From positions 1 through 59,518 of the IMG/VR virus record IMGVR_UViG_3300033076_000460: DNA of 59,518 bases; one strand, given 5' to 3'. Shown piece after piece: positions 26,963 to 35,869 of this stretch. The translations under genes were made by a program, and so were the position numbers. The notes beneath the pieces were generated by a model. It did not search any database and was not told the DNA's origin. It saw only the letters and a list, made by a program, of their open reading frames with translations. Each line of letters begins with the position of its first letter. Position 1 is the first letter of the stretch. This stretch comes from a virus (Duplodnaviria > Caudoviricetes).

Positions 26963-28003
26963 ATGAGCACCTATTCCAGCAATCTTCGCATCGAACTGAT
27001 CACCACGGGTACTCAGGCGGGCACATGGGGCACGACCACCAACGACAACCTGTCAACGGTGCTGGAAGCGGCAATCGCTGGCAGTGTGTCCGTCACCACG
27101 GCGTCCGCCAACGAGGCGCTGACCTACCTCAATGGTCCCTCCACCACGGCAGCAGCCAACGCGGCTGTGCGGGCAATTCTGACCCTGAACACCTCGGCGG
27201 CGGCAAACTTTGCCGTTTACGCGCCACCGGTGTCCAAGCTGTACATCATCAAGAACGCCAGCTCCTACACGGCCACGATTTACAACTCGACCGTGATTGG
27301 GAACACCACGGCGGCAGGAACTGGTGTCGCCATCCCCTCTGGCAAGACCATCGCGGTCTGGTCTGACGGCACGAACTTCGTCCAGCAGGTCACCTACCTG
27401 ATCTCCCCTGAGTTGGCCGGAACCCCTGTTGCGCCGACTGCGTCTGCTGGCACGAACACCACCCAGATTGCCACCACGGCTTTTGTGCAAGCCGCAACTA
27501 CGGCGCTCAACTTGGGCACGATGTCTACCCAGAACGCCAACAACGTGGCGATCACGGGTGGCACGATTGCCGGGACGACCAACTCAAGCAACACCTTCAC
27601 CACGGGCAACAGCATTCAGGGCTTGCTGGAGAAGGCGACCATCACGGCATCCGCCCCCAGTAGCACCACCAACTTTGATGTCCAGACCCAGTCTGTCCAG
27701 TACTACACCAGCAATGCCTCAACCAACTTCACGCTGAATGTGCGCGGGGATGGCTCCACTGCCCTGAACTCGGTGATGTCCACCGGTCAGGCGATCACGA
27801 TTGCCCTGCTGGTGACCTGCGGCTCCACGGCCTACTACCCCAGCGCCTTGACGATTGATGGAACCGCACTGACCCCCAAGTGGCAAAACGGGTCTACCCC
27901 AACTGGGGGGTTGGCAAGCTCAGTTAACGTATACGTTTACACCATCATCAAGACGGCGTCCGCCACGTTCACGGTTCTGGCCTCTCAAACCAAATTTGCC
28001 TGA
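26963..28003 (+). CDS. tail fibre protein
   Basis: LRIELITTG..AGTWGTTTN N-terminus; GTPVAPTA..GTNTTQIATTAFV fibre repeat. Confidence 0.75.
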   Translation: MSTYSSNLRIELITTGTQAGTWGTTTNDNLSTVLEAAIAGSVSVTTASANEALTYLNGPSTTAAANAAVRAILTLNTSAAANFAVYAPPVSKLYIIKNASSYTATIYNSTVIGNTTAAGTGVAIPSGKTIAVWSDGTNFVQQVTYLISPELAGTPVAPTASAGTNTTQIATTAFVQAATTALNLGTMSTQNANNVAITGGTIAGTTNSSNTFTTGNSIQGLLEKATITASAPSSTTNFDVQTQSVQYYTSNASTNFTLNVRGDGSTALNSVMSTGQAITIALLVTCGSTAYYPSALTIDGTALTPKWQNGSTPTGGLASSVNVYVYTIIKTASATFTVLASQTKFA

Positions 28004-28005
28004 TC

Positions 28006-28788
28006 ATGCCCATCCTCTCTTCTGTCGCATCAGCCTCTGCCCGAGGGTACGGGTTCAACGGAAACATTTTGGTTCCGGGGAACAGCGGCGTTTTGACCTC
28101 TGGTACGTCCTACACCCTGCCGCTGACTTCTGGTACGACAGTGAACATTTTGGTCATCGCAGCTGGCGGCGGTGGTGGCGGCGGTTCTGGCAGGAACGCA
28201 AACTATGACGGCTTCAACACCGGTGGCGGTGGCGGTGGAGCAGGTGGAAACGCATACGTTCTAAGTGTCCCAGTTGTGCCCGGCCAGACCATCAGCTATT
28301 CAATCGGCAGTGGCGGCAGCGCTGGAAGCTACAGGGATGGCGTTTACACAAGCGGTAGCTCTGGCGGCACTGGGAGCGTGACTACTGCCACGGTTGATGG
28401 GAATCTGGTTGCAAGGGCAACCGGAGGTAGCGGCGGCACGGTTTCCCCAAGCGGTAGTGCTGGCGGCGCTGGCTCCTACACGGTTGGCACTCAACTATCA
28501 ACGCCCACCGCTGGCGGCAGCGCACCGAGCGGGAGCTATTCTGGCGGCGTGGGCGCAAAAGGGTACACCATCACCACCACGGTGGGCACTGTGCTTGGAT
28601 CTTTGCTTTCCTACGGATCAAACGGGACAACCTATCCGCAGGGGAGCAGCAGCTCAAACACCCCGGGCACTGGGTACGGTGCGGGCGGCTCTGGCGGCAG
28701 TGCTTTGCAGTCCGACCAATACAACACGGCCCCGCTGTCTTCAAACGCTGGCCTTGCTGGCGCAGTGTTCATCTGGTGGGGCTATTAA
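28006..28788 (+). CDS. glycine-rich tail-associated protein
   Basis: VIAAGGGGGGG...GGGGGAGG glycine-rich domain. Confidence 0.7.
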   Translation: MPILSSVASASARGYGFNGNILVPGNSGVLTSGTSYTLPLTSGTTVNILVIAAGGGGGGGSGRNANYDGFNTGGGGGGAGGNAYVLSVPVVPGQTISYSIGSGGSAGSYRDGVYTSGSSGGTGSVTTATVDGNLVARATGGSGGTVSPSGSAGGAGSYTVGTQLSTPTAGGSAPSGSYSGGVGAKGYTITTTVGTVLGSLLSYGSNGTTYPQGSSSSNTPGTGYGAGGSGGSALQSDQYNTAPLSSNAGLAGAVFIWWGY

Positions 28789-28791
28789 AGT

Positions 28792-29508
28792 GTGGACCCC
28801 TTCACCCTCCTTGCCATCGCCAAAGGCGCTGTCGCTGCCATCAAGCAGGGATGTGAGCTTTACAACGAATTCAAGGGGCATCTGGTCGAGGCCAAAGAGG
28901 CCATTGATGAGGCCCGTGGCATCGTCACTGAGGTCACTGGGTTCTGGGGCAACTTCAAGAAGTGGTGGTTTGGAGAGCCCGAGCCCCAGCCAACCGCAGA
29001 GCAACCCAAGCCAAAGGCCAAGTCGCGCAAGAAGTTTCAGGAGTTTGACGAGATTGAGGTTCGCCGGGACATTGCCGACAACCTCGTCAAGTTCTTCAAA
29101 GCCTTGGAAGCACTCAAGAACCACATCGCCGAGGAGGAGGAGAAGTCCCGAAACGTGTACGACCCCGACCAAAACCTGATGGAAGCCGCGCTGCACCGAG
29201 TTCTGGCTCTTGATGAGATGGAGAAGTTGCAGTACGAGATCAGGCAGGTGATGGTGTATCAGACCCCCGGGATGGGAGACCTGTACACCCGAGTAGTCAA
29301 GATGGTTGGTGTGATTTCCGAGGAGCAAGAGCTGGCTCGGATTCAGAAGGTCAAAGCGGAGCGGGACGCAAGATGGCGACGAAGAAGGGCGCAGGACAAG
29401 GCAACGGACGTTCTTTTGGCGGCAGTGGGAATCGTCCTGCTGGCGGGGTATCTCGGGGGCGCATGGTGGATTCTGGTGAAGGATCGGATGGATCGCTGGG
29501 GATTTTGA
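28792..29508 (+). CDS. coiled-coil membrane-anchored protein
   Basis: MDPFTLLAIA...; C-terminal transmembrane helix. Confidence 0.7.
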   Translation: MDPFTLLAIAKGAVAAIKQGCELYNEFKGHLVEAKEAIDEARGIVTEVTGFWGNFKKWWFGEPEPQPTAEQPKPKAKSRKKFQEFDEIEVRRDIADNLVKFFKALEALKNHIAEEEEKSRNVYDPDQNLMEAALHRVLALDEMEKLQYEIRQVMVYQTPGMGDLYTRVVKMVGVISEEQELARIQKVKAERDARWRRRRAQDKATDVLLAAVGIVLLAGYLGGAWWILVKDRMDRWGF

Positions 29509-29663
29509 TTGCCATGTTGTCGATGGCGGTCGTGATGTTTTTGCTGGTCTTGACAGCCTTCATGTACATCGACATCCTCGGAGCCAAGGCAGAAGTAAGG
29601 GAGCAGCTTGTCAAGCTTGAGAAGTTGCGTCGGGAAGTGGAAAAACTTGCAAAGGAAAAGTAA
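29463..29663 (+). CDS. small membrane protein with coiled coil
   Basis: TM segment ILIAMLSMAVVMFLLVLTAF followed by a charged helix; start uncertain. Confidence 0.55.
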   Translation: MVDSGEGSDGSLGILIAMLSMAVVMFLLVLTAFMYIDILGAKAEVREQLVKLEKLRREVEKLAKEK

Positions 29664-30166
29664 TGCTCAGTCTCATTTCAACCCTAGGTGGCCTCCTGAT
29701 CTCAGGTTTGCCCAAACTCCTTGAGTTCTTCCAAGACAAGGCGGACAAGAAGCACGAGCTGGCGCTGGCCGAGATGCAGACCATCCGCGAGAAGGAGCTG
29801 GCCGTCATGGGCTACGCCGCCCAAGCCAAGGTCGAAGAGATCCGCGCCGACCAGATCGCCATGCAGACCGATGCCCAGATGACCCAAGCGGCTCTGGCGC
29901 ACGATGAGAAGGTTCTGGAGAAGTCCAGCAAATGGGTGGTCAACTACGTGGGCACTGTGCGCCCGACTGTCACCTACATGTTCGTGCTGGAGTTGATTGC
30001 CATCAACCTGTACATGACCTACTACCTGTTTGCCCACCCAAGTCTGATTCAGACGGTGGACGATGTGATCCGCTATTCCGAAATTATTTTCAGTGGTGAT
30101 GAGATGGCAATGCTCGGGGGGATTATTGGATTTTGGTTTGGAAGCCGTAACTGGAACAAGAAGTGA
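29663..30166 (+). CDS. holin-like membrane protein
   Basis: VRPTVTY and IIGFWFGSR motifs of 3TM/GTA-type holin-like proteins; directly before the lysozyme. Confidence 0.65.
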   Translation: MLSLISTLGGLLISGLPKLLEFFQDKADKKHELALAEMQTIREKELAVMGYAAQAKVEEIRADQIAMQTDAQMTQAALAHDEKVLEKSSKWVVNYVGTVRPTVTYMFVLELIAINLYMTYYLFAHPSLIQTVDDVIRYSEIIFSGDEMAMLGGIIGFWFGSRNWNKK

Positions 30167-30687
30167 AGACATCCGACAAAGGCATCCATCTGATGCACCT
30201 GTTTGAGGGCTACAGGGACAAACCCTATCAATGCTCTGCTCACATGTGGACGATTGGGTGGGGCCATGTCATCTACCATGATCAACTCAAACTGCCGATG
30301 GTCAGGAAGGAAGGCTATGAAGGACTCATCCGTTCGGAATACCCGCTTCGCCCGGAGCATAACCGTGTCTGGAGCCGCCCAGAATTGGTCGGTATATTCA
30401 AAGATGACCTCGTCAATTTTGAACGTGGTGTTCTTCGACTTGCTCCCAATCTGTCTGGCCGTCAAGGCGCTTTCGACGCTTGCGTGGCTTTCAGCTTTAA
30501 CGTAGGTCTGGGGAGCTTCCAAAGATCCACGATTCGTCAGAAAATCGGGCGCAAGGATTGGGACGGAGCCGCCGAGGCATTTATGGTTTGGACGAAGGCC
30601 GGTGGCAAGGTTCTCAAAGGTTTGGTTCGCCGCCGAGAGGCGGAACGTGCGCTCTTCCTGAGCGACAAAAACGAAGAAGAGAATTGA
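30163..30687 (+). CDS. endolysin, GH24 lysozyme
   Basis: FEG...PYQCSAHMWTIGWGH, FSFNVG, GLVRRREAE. Confidence 0.92.
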   Translation: MKTSDKGIHLMHLFEGYRDKPYQCSAHMWTIGWGHVIYHDQLKLPMVRKEGYEGLIRSEYPLRPEHNRVWSRPELVGIFKDDLVNFERGVLRLAPNLSGRQGAFDACVAFSFNVGLGSFQRSTIRQKIGRKDWDGAAEAFMVWTKAGGKVLKGLVRRREAERALFLSDKNEEEN

Positions 30688-30688
30688 C

Positions 30689-32722
30689 ATGCCCCTCCAA
30701 AAGTTGCAGTTCAGACCCGGTGTAAACAGAGAATCGACCACCCTTGCAAACGAGGGCGGCTGGTTTGAGTCTGACAAGGTGCGCTTCCGCTCGGGCTTCC
30801 CCGAGAAGATCGGTGGCTGGGTCAAAGACACAGGGTTTGAAACCGATACCACGCCCAAAGATACCTTTGCCGCCAGCGGCCTTGTGACGGCTTTGCAGCC
30901 CACCACCGGTTCGTTCTGGGGGGTCTGCCGCGCCCTTTTCAACTGGATCAACTTGTCCGGCTACAACCTGCTGGGTCTTGGCACGAACCTCAAGTACTAC
31001 ATCCAGAACGGCTCCGGCGGCACGTTCTACGACATCACGCCCATCCGCGACACCCAGTTGGCGCTTGCCAGCGCTTTCACCACTGACACCACCACCAATT
31101 CCGGTGGACAGACCACGCTGGTGGTCAATGACCCCGGCCACGGCGCTCAGACTGGCGACTTTGTCTGCATCTCAAACACCTCCGGCCCGGTCAACGGTGT
31201 GCTTGCGGCCAACATCGACGGCGAACATCAGATCACATACATCTCGTCGAGCACCTACTCCATCGTGGTGACTGGCACGGCCACGTCCTCCGGCACACCT
31301 GCGGTGTCTGCCGACTTTTACTACCAGCTTACAACCGGTTCGGACATCTACACAACTTCGGTTGGCTGGGGCGCTGGCGGCTGGGGTGGCGCTACGACTG
31401 GGTACTCTTCGACCGGGTGGGGATCTGCGGCTCCTGCGGGTCTCGGGATTGGCGTTCAGCTTCGCCTGTGGAGCCAAGCCAACTTTGGGCAAGACTTGAT
31501 CATCAACCCCCGTGGTGGGGCCATGTATTACTGGGCGGTTAACAGCAACCCAAACACCTTTGATCGCGCTCAGATCATTAAGGCTGGCACTGCCATCACC
31601 GTTCGGGGCGCTACCGTTACCCCAGACTCCACTTGCCCATCTCTGGTCAACACGACTTTGGTGTCGGACGCGTCTCGTTTTGTGATCGCCCTTGGGTGTA
31701 ACGACCCGTCGGGCGTTGTGCATGACACTGCACTTGACCCTCTGCTCATCCGTTGGTCTGATCAAGAATCCGTGGCAACTTGGTCTCCGGATGTAGCCAA
31801 TCAGGCCGGTAGCTACCGCCTGAGCCAAGGTTCTGAGATCGTCACTGGTTTGCAAACGCGCCAAGAAATTCTGGTTTGGACAGATGCCGCGATCTACTCC
31901 ATGCAGTATTTGGGTGCGCCCTATGTGTGGGGCTTCCAGATTCTTGGAGCCAACATCTCCATCATGAGCCCAAACACTGTGGCGACCGCGAACAACGTGA
32001 CCTACTGGATGGGCACGGACAAGTTCTACATGTACTCCGGTCGCGTGGAAACACTCCCTTGCACCCTGCGCCAGTATGTGTTTGATGACATCAATCTTGA
32101 TCAGGCGTATCAGTTCTTTGCCGGGACGAATGAAGGCTACAACGAGGTGTGGTGGTTCTACTGCTCCGCCAATTCGACCGTGATTGACCGCTATGTGATC
32201 TTCAACCACTTGGAGCGCACTTGGTACTACGGAACAATGGAGCGCACGGCTTGGACTGACAGCCCCTTGCGCGACTTCCCAATGGCCGCTGGGTATGACG
32301 GCATGCTCATTTATCATGAAGACGGAGTCGATGATGGAACCACAAACCCTCCTTCTCCTATCGTTTCTTATTGCCAGTCCTCGGATTTCGACATTGGTGA
32401 TGGTCATAATTTTGGGATTGTGTGGCGGATCATTCCAGATGTGACATTCGATGGGTCAACTGTCAACAACCCGACGACGGTTTTCACCGTGCGTCCGCGC
32501 CAGAACCCCGGGTCAAACTATGGCGACACCGACAATCCAGATGTGATCAGCGCACAAAACTACCAGAACCAGCAGACTTACAACGTCCAGCAGTTCACTG
32601 AATACGCCTACGTCCGTGTTCGCGGGCGTCAGATGGCGTTCAAGATCAGCTCAGACGGTCTGGGCGTTTCGTGGCAGCTGGGTACCCCGCGCCTTGATGT
32701 GCGTCCTGATGGAAGACGTTAA
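30689..32722 (+). CDS. tail tubular B / DNA stabilisation protein (P22 gp10-like)
   Basis: Beta-propeller-like composition; IRWSDQE; RVRGRQMA. Confidence 0.7.
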   Translation: MPLQKLQFRPGVNRESTTLANEGGWFESDKVRFRSGFPEKIGGWVKDTGFETDTTPKDTFAASGLVTALQPTTGSFWGVCRALFNWINLSGYNLLGLGTNLKYYIQNGSGGTFYDITPIRDTQLALASAFTTDTTTNSGGQTTLVVNDPGHGAQTGDFVCISNTSGPVNGVLAANIDGEHQITYISSSTYSIVVTGTATSSGTPAVSADFYYQLTTGSDIYTTSVGWGAGGWGGATTGYSSTGWGSAAPAGLGIGVQLRLWSQANFGQDLIINPRGGAMYYWAVNSNPNTFDRAQIIKAGTAITVRGATVTPDSTCPSLVNTTLVSDASRFVIALGCNDPSGVVHDTALDPLLIRWSDQESVATWSPDVANQAGSYRLSQGSEIVTGLQTRQEILVWTDAAIYSMQYLGAPYVWGFQILGANISIMSPNTVATANNVTYWMGTDKFYMYSGRVETLPCTLRQYVFDDINLDQAYQFFAGTNEGYNEVWWFYCSANSTVIDRYVIFNHLERTWYYGTMERTAWTDSPLRDFPMAAGYDGMLIYHEDGVDDGTTNPPSPIVSYCQSSDFDIGDGHNFGIVWRIIPDVTFDGSTVNNPTTVFTVRPRQNPGSNYGDTDNPDVISAQNYQNQQTYNVQQFTEYAYVRVRGRQMAFKISSDGLGVSWQLGTPRLDVRPDGRR

Positions 32723-32725
32723 TCT

Positions 32726-34102
32726 ATGACTTTCTTTGTCACATCCACTTACGAACTCAACCGAGTTGTTGCGCCTCGCCTTCCGGCGGCTCCCGTTCAG
32801 TACGAGCAACGGTATCAAGATCAGTTCGCTGACATCCTGCGCTTGTACTTCAACCGACTCGACAACATACTGGGGCAACTCATGGCAACGATGGAAACCA
32901 TTCCTGTATCAATCGGCGGCACGAATGTCGATGCGTTTGGACGACTGCGTGTCAGTCAGCCGTACACACTGTTTGATAGCCAACAGCAATACGGTGCTGA
33001 CACTCAGTTCGACACATCCACATCTGGCACTGGCACGACGACCTACAACGCTGATCAGGCATCTTTGTACATGACGGTGGGCTCAGGCGGTGCGGGGTCT
33101 GTGGTGCGACAAACGTATCGTTGTTTCCCGTACCAGCCGGGCAAGGGGCTTCTGGTGCTTGCCACATTCTGCATGGATGGCAGTTCAAACGTTGGTCTGA
33201 CCCAACGGGTTGGTTACTTTGACACCAAGAATGGCGTGTACTTCCAAAGAGTGGATGGCACGTACTCATTCACCCTACGCTCTTATGTCACTGGCACGGT
33301 GGACAACAGCCGAAATGTGACGCAAGCCAATTGGAATGGCGACAAGCTAGATGGCACTGGCCCTTCTGGCTTCACTCTTGATCCAAGCAAGTCACAAATT
33401 TTGTGGATGGATTTTGAGTGGCTTGGAGTTGGATCGGTGCGCTGTGGCTTCATCATTGACGGCCAGTACATCGTCTGCCACACATTCAATAACGCCAACG
33501 AGATCACCACGACCTACATGACGCGGGCCACCTTGCCCGTGCGCTACGAGATCACATCGACCACAGGGATCGCCGCCACCATGAAGCAGATTTGCTCATC
33601 GGTTGTGTCGGAAGGTGGGTACGAGCAGTACTCGGTGGGGAACGTAGCTCGACGCACTACGAAATTGTCGAACATCCAATTGACGTTTAAACCCGTCGTC
33701 TCGATTCGCTTGGCATCCACATCGCCCAACGCTGTCATTGTCCCGGCAAGGATTCAAGTGATTGCGATCACGAGCCAGAACTACGAGATTGCCCTGTTTA
33801 AAAACCCAACTCTTACCGGTGCGTCGTGGGGCGCAGTGCCGACGGATGCCAACGTGGAGCAAGACACAAGCGCCACTGCAATGACTGGCGGGACAATCAT
33901 TCAGACTGATTACCTCAACGCCACGGGCTCTGGCGGCTCTCAACCTTTGGTTGATCCTGCTGGCTACAACTGGGCGTTCCAGCCCGGTGTTTCTTTGGCC
34001 GGAGTGTCGGACATCATCACCGTCGGCATCAGGACAATCGACTCTGCAACCCCCGCTGGTGACTGTTATGGGTCATTGTCTTTCTGGGACTTGACAGCTT
34101 AA
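32726..34102 (+). CDS. tail-associated protein
   Basis: LRLYFNRLD N-terminus; DAFGRLRVS; WNGDKLDG; WLGVGSVRCGF. Confidence 0.7.
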   Translation: MTFFVTSTYELNRVVAPRLPAAPVQYEQRYQDQFADILRLYFNRLDNILGQLMATMETIPVSIGGTNVDAFGRLRVSQPYTLFDSQQQYGADTQFDTSTSGTGTTTYNADQASLYMTVGSGGAGSVVRQTYRCFPYQPGKGLLVLATFCMDGSSNVGLTQRVGYFDTKNGVYFQRVDGTYSFTLRSYVTGTVDNSRNVTQANWNGDKLDGTGPSGFTLDPSKSQILWMDFEWLGVGSVRCGFIIDGQYIVCHTFNNANEITTTYMTRATLPVRYEITSTTGIAATMKQICSSVVSEGGYEQYSVGNVARRTTKLSNIQLTFKPVVSIRLASTSPNAVIVPARIQVIAITSQNYEIALFKNPTLTGASWGAVPTDANVEQDTSATAMTGGTIIQTDYLNATGSGGSQPLVDPAGYNWAFQPGVSLAGVSDIITVGIRTIDSATPAGDCYGSLSFWDLTA

Positions 34103-34124
34103 AATTGCTCAAAAGGATCAACTC

Positions 34125-35438
34125 ATGAGCCTCAAAGCCGCCGCACAACATCTCGCCAGTCAAGGACGTGGGCCAGATACCACCCTTGTCCACATGTCCC
34201 CCCGCGAGGTGAGGAGCCTCCAAGAGCTTGCGATGGCTCACGGCGGGTCTCTCAGTATTAACCCTAGTACCGGTCTCCCCGAGGCTGGTTTCCTCGACAA
34301 CCTGCTGCCCACGATCATCGGCGGCGCAGCTGTCGCCCTCACCGGCGGCGCGGTCACCCCTTTGATGGCCGGGCTTGGCGTTGGCGGTTTGGAGGCCTTG
34401 CGCTCAGGTGATGTGGGCAAAGGCTTGATGGCAGGTCTGGGGGCCTACGGCGGCGCTGGCCTGATGGGTGGTTTGGTTGGCGCTGGCGGTAGCGCTGTCG
34501 GAGAAGCGGCGGGTGACATAGCCGGACGGGTCGGCAGTGGGGAGCATGGCTTAGCAGCCAACCAAGCAGTCGCGGCTCAGAGTCCCTTCAGTCTTGCTGG
34601 CGAAGGTGTCAAATCCGTTTTCAACAACCCCAAAGGCATCAGCGCAGGGCTTGAGTCCATTGGGCGCAATATGGATACTGGCTTTGGAAGCAGCCCCCTC
34701 ATGAAACTGGGAACCACTGCCGCCGCTGCCGCCGCTCCTGCGTTGTTCTCCGAACCAGAGTTCGAGACCCCACAAACCAAGAACGAAGCGGCTCCTGTTC
34801 GCTCGTACTCGGCCAACCCCACAATGCCCACGCCGCAACCCAACGTGCCGCGCCCCATCGACTACCGGAACTTTGTGCCGGGCGTCACTCCCTCTCCCCA
34901 GTCGCAGAACTTCGGAGTCGAGCAGCGGTACTTCAACCCCATGTTCTACGCAAACGGTGGTCCCGTCGAGCAAATGTCCCAAGCCAACTCTGTCGGGGCC
35001 AACACTGGCTACCCGCAGGCCGACATCCGTGGGCACGCCTACGCCACGCCTTGGCAAACCCCCGTCTCCCAGAACATGGTGACCGGCGTTGCTGACACTG
35101 GGGTTAACCCTATCACTGGTGAAATGTCGTTCGCTGACGGCGGCGTGTCCCACCTTGGCGATTACTCGGACGGTGGCCGACTGTTGCGCGGGCCGGGCGA
35201 CGGCGTGTCCGACGACATCCCTGCTACGATCGGCAACAAACAGCCAGCCCGTCTGGCCGATGGTGAGTTTGTGGTACCGGCCCGGATCGTTTCCGAGCTG
35301 GGCAACGGCTCGACTGAATCTGGAGCACGCAAACTGTACGCCATGATGGACCGCATTCAAGCTGGCCGCAAGAAGACGATGGGCCGTGGCAAAGAGTTTG
35401 CCAAGGACAGCAAGGCCGAGCGCCACTTGCCCGCCTGA
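34125..35438 (+). CDS. internal virion/ejection protein
   Basis: GRGPDTTLVH..INPSTGLPEA N-terminus; Gly/Ala hydrophobic segment; C-terminal GPGDGVSDDIPA...LADGEFVVPA. Confidence 0.7.
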   Translation: MSLKAAAQHLASQGRGPDTTLVHMSPREVRSLQELAMAHGGSLSINPSTGLPEAGFLDNLLPTIIGGAAVALTGGAVTPLMAGLGVGGLEALRSGDVGKGLMAGLGAYGGAGLMGGLVGAGGSAVGEAAGDIAGRVGSGEHGLAANQAVAAQSPFSLAGEGVKSVFNNPKGISAGLESIGRNMDTGFGSSPLMKLGTTAAAAAAPALFSEPEFETPQTKNEAAPVRSYSANPTMPTPQPNVPRPIDYRNFVPGVTPSPQSQNFGVEQRYFNPMFYANGGPVEQMSQANSVGANTGYPQADIRGHAYATPWQTPVSQNMVTGVADTGVNPITGEMSFADGGVSHLGDYSDGGRLLRGPGDGVSDDIPATIGNKQPARLADGEFVVPARIVSELGNGSTESGARKLYAMMDRIQAGRKKTMGRGKEFAKDSKAERHLPA

Positions 35439-35869
35439 TGGATATCAGTCTGGTTCCGGTTGGGCAGGTGGCGCGGGCAATTCCTGTGCTGCTGCCTTAC
35501 CTGAAGGTGTCCGAAGAGTGGGCGCATGGGCGGGCAACGGCTGATGACCTGATCCGGTTTGTGCTGAACGGGCAGATGTTTTTGTGGGTTGTGTTTGAGG
35601 ATGACAAGGTCTACGGCCATGTGATCACGGAGATCAAGCAGTACCCGCAGTGCAAGATGTTGGTGATCCAGTATTGCGCGATGGATACTGGAACACTGGA
35701 AAAAATCAACCCGAAGATGCAAGACATTGCAGAGCGTTTTGCCAAAGACGCAGGTTGTGCAGGGATTGAATTTGTGGGTCGCCCCGGCTGGAAGCAGACC
35801 GCCCGTGAATACGGGTACGCCGTGCAAAGCGTAACGTATCAGAAATTTTTTGAAGAGGTCGCATCATGA
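35438..35869 (+). CDS. acetyltransferase-like virion assembly protein
   Basis: FAKDAGCAGIEFVGRPGW; position between tail tube and ejection genes, as for P22 gp14 and T7 gp13. Confidence 0.6.
   Translation: MDISLVPVGQVARAIPVLLPYLKVSEEWAHGRATADDLIRFVLNGQMFLWVVFEDDKVYGHVITEIKQYPQCKMLVIQYCAMDTGTLEKINPKMQDIAERFAKDAGCAGIEFVGRPGWKQTAREYGYAVQSVTYQKFFEEVAS

Noticed and set aside
21448-28788. Diversity-generating retroelement or invertible tail fibre system
   Set aside because: No reverse transcriptase, invertase or template/variable repeat pair seen.
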